Positions 61,701-64,000 of a DNA stretch of 64,000 nt are shown piece by piece; the stretch's first letter is position 1, and each line of letters opens with the position of its first letter. Under the pieces are notes generated by a model. It saw nothing but the letters and a program-made list of their open reading frames with translations, was not told the DNA's origin and did not search any database. Both the position numbers and the translations under genes were made by a program. The stretch covers positions 1,488,001 to 1,552,000 of the forward strand of contig CATNEN010000014.1 in assembly GCA_950097015.1 (NCBI GenBank), given 5' to 3'. The DNA comes from Macrostomum hystrix. Taxonomy: Eukaryota > Animalia > Platyhelminthes.

Positions 61701-62178
61701 AATTCCAGTTCTATATTCACCTGATATCCCACTTCCAGTTCTATATTCACCTGATATACCACTTCCAGTTCTATATTCACCTGATATCCCACTTCCAGTT
61801 CTATATTCACCTGATATCCCACTTCCAGTTCTATATTCACCTGATATCCCACTTCCAGTTCTATATTCACCTGATATCCCACTTCCAGTTCTATATTCAT
61901 CTGAAATACCACTTCCAGTTCTATATTAACCTGATATCCCACTTCCAGTTCTATATTCACCTGATATCCCACTTCCAGTTCTATATGCTCCTGATATCCC
62001 GACTTTTGGTAAATTCATCCATGTCATTCTCTTGCTTTAGGGCAAGGTGATGTCCCCGAGAATGAGCGAGATTGTCCTGGCGGCGGCGCTGCTGCTGCTG
62101 ATGATTACCGCCCTGCTTCTGTTACTGCTGTGCAGAAACCTGTGCCAGACCCACATACTGATCGAGAAGGAGCGCTGA
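58793..62178 (+). CDS. Type I membrane protein with Ig-like domains, about 817 aa; exons 58793-60847, 60935-61195, 62041-62178
   Basis: Signal peptide MLSQSILLLWLACASFVLS; Ig motif DNSHSGQYTC and a second C..W..C domain (EGESMSYNC...IVCRATV); phase-0 GT-AG introns 60848-60934 and 61196-62040. The last exon encodes the TM helix IVLAAALLLLMITALLLLLL plus a 15-aa tail ending at TGA 62176-62178. Confidence 0.8.
61256..61998. repeat. Intronic 30-bp minisatellite (ccacttccagttctatattcacctgatatc) with 25-bp deletion variants
   Basis: IELEVGYQVN decapeptide repeat on the minus strand; lies inside intron 2 of the Ig-domain gene. Confidence 0.95.
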
Positions 62179-62480
62179 GGAATCGACTGAATGAGGGCTG
62201 AGGGAGAGACTGAATGAGGGCTGAGGGAGAGACTGAATGAGGGCTGAGGGAGTGACTGAATGAGGGCTGAGGGAGAGACTGAATGAGGGCTGAGGGAGAG
62301 ACTGAATGAGGGCTGAGGAATCGACTGAATGAGGGCTGAGGGAGAGACTGAATGAGGGCTGAGGGAGAGACTGAATGAGGGCTGAGGGAGAGACTGAATG
62401 AGGGCTGAGGGAGAGACTGAATGAGGGCTGAGGGAAAGACTGAATGAGGGCTGAGGGAGAGACTGAATGAGGGCTGAGGA
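62172..62480. repeat. 23-bp minisatellite D (actgaatgagggctgagggagag), about 13 copies
   Basis: actga at 62186 and 62209 (period 23). Confidence 0.95.
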
Positions 62481-62903
62481 ATAAGGACATGCTATACTAT
62501 GCTACATAATTTACAATATAGAATTGTTCTTCTATAATTATATAGCATCTTTGGTCAGACCGGTTTTTACAGCTACGCACCTTAGTTTCTCAAATATCGG
62601 ATGTTTTGAAATTTAATAAAATATATACTAAAAAATCCTGCGCACTTTAAATCTCAAAGCAATTTAATAAATGAAGGAATAGTCTTCGAGTAGTATGCGA
62701 TCGGGGTACTCTGATTGAAACCAGAACCGTGAATAAAATCAGCAGAATTATCGACTCTCGGAAGCCAGGTGTTTTATCAATTAAAGGTGTCAAACTCAAA
62801 GTACTACTACTCGAAGTAGATAAGGTTCCTCGTTCTCATAGTATTTGTCCACGTCTTTTTCGAAAATAATTGGCATTTTTATTAAGGAAAATTTATTTTT
62901 TGT

Positions 62904-64000
62904 TTAAACGTGAAAACGAAGCTCTCTTGCCCGTTTGTCAATATACTTCTTTTCCACCATTTTGTCCAGGATGTTGACAAATTCTTTTCTGTTTTCATCT
63001 TTTATGCCAGTCTAAGTTGCAGCTCCAAGAAGAACTGCTAGCCGCTTATAGATTTCACAAATTCCTTTTCCAGTGGGGTTTTCAGGCGACTGAAATGATT
63101 GGTCGGTGGAGGACTGGTCGGTGGAGGATTGGTCTGAAGGTGAACTCTCAACTGGTCTTTGTTGTGGTGTGAACACTCTTGCTTTGATTTTATTCATTCG
63201 ATCTGGGGAGAAATTTTCTAGTTGTTGCCAGGCATCCGGGTGATCATTTTTATATTTAGCTACTTGAGTCGGATCTGCCTTTTCAGGTCACTGAGTACTT
63301 GTTCTTCTGAGTGCTGTTTTGGCGGTTGTTGTTCTAGAAATTTTATAGCAGCTTTTTGATCTGGCGAACCAAACCATTGTTTAAATGCTTGTACTTTTTG
63401 AATCTAGTCAGGATGACACCGTTGTCATACATTATTTTCAGAACTTGTGGGACCTTTAGTATTTCTATATCTCTAGCAAGAGCAAAACTCACTAGATCTC
63501 TGTAGTTCTTTAGCTGCTTGTCCGAAATTTTCTCTTGGTTTTTAGTCATAAATGTCAGTAATGTTTCTGTAAAAGCTACGCTCCTAGTTTTGGAGCCTTT
63601 GACGACAGAAATATATTTATTATTTATGTCGATATAATATTCCACTGGTTCATTATAATTTTTTTTCTCCGCATTTTTTCCCCGCAACTTATTCCAAATA
63701 CATATTTCCCATAATGTTCTACACGTTCTACTGGTCCAAAAATATTGTCTGTTACTTTTAGTTGTGGTTGCATATCTGCTGATTGCTGTATCTGCGGAGC
63801 TTCTGGAATTTTGTCCAAAGCCTTTTGCACCTGGTTTTCCTGTATGTCGCCAATAGTTTTTTGACTTGATCAATATTTTTCTTGGCTTCTCCATACCGGG
63901 TTTGTGAAACTCTGTGGCTCCTTGGACAAACTCATTGTAGGATTGTTGCTCCTTATTGATTAGCGCGGTAACTCTGTTTTCTGCTTGTGCTAGCTTCTCC
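62904..64000 (-). pseudogene. Frameshifted gene remnant resembling an uncharacterised Polinton/Maverick-associated protein
   Basis: Joining frames gives ATEFHKP...TDNIFG...YVFG...YIDINNKYISV...FTETLLTFMTK..ISDKQLKNYRDLV...GKGICEIYKRLAVLLGAAT*TGIKDENRKEFVNILDKM. From memory this resembles the FKP / FG / D..NY..I / G.G..RL.LL..AGN..EI pattern of Polinton proteins. The assignment is unverified. Confidence 0.45.

Noticed and set aside
61176-62490. Minus-strand ORFs IELEVGYQVN-repeat and PHSVSPSALIQ-repeat
   Set aside because: These are translations of the 30-bp and 23-bp minisatellites.

Overview
Repeat-saturated eukaryotic (invertebrate-like) DNA with short GT-AG introns; the species cannot be determined from the sequence. 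The centre (10264-45287) is a chain of six related Helitron (rolling-circle transposon) units. Four joins are direct head-to-tail hairpin-CTAG|TCC junctions. Each unit carries the same ordered cassette of 21-, 23-, 23- and 18-bp minisatellites, whose copy numbers vary independently. The fourth unit continues into a 10-exon Rep/helicase gene of about 1810 codons (STPR-like 23-aa repeats, OTU protease-like domain, HUH Rep, PIF1 helicase) with two in-frame stops and no frameshift. Nested or flanking elements: a BEL/Pao pol remnant, a 67-bp satellite, a 58-bp TIR-only mini-element, a 1.8-kb solo LTR, an internally deleted Gypsy element, a 5'-truncated LINE, an intron-containing Crypton-type tyrosine recombinase pseudogene, a gag remnant and a probable Polinton-like gene remnant. 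One apparent host gene (58793-62178) encodes an approximately 817-aa type I membrane protein with Ig-like domains. Most long ORFs in the supplied track between 12.2 and 24.6 kb are artefacts of stop-free minisatellites.
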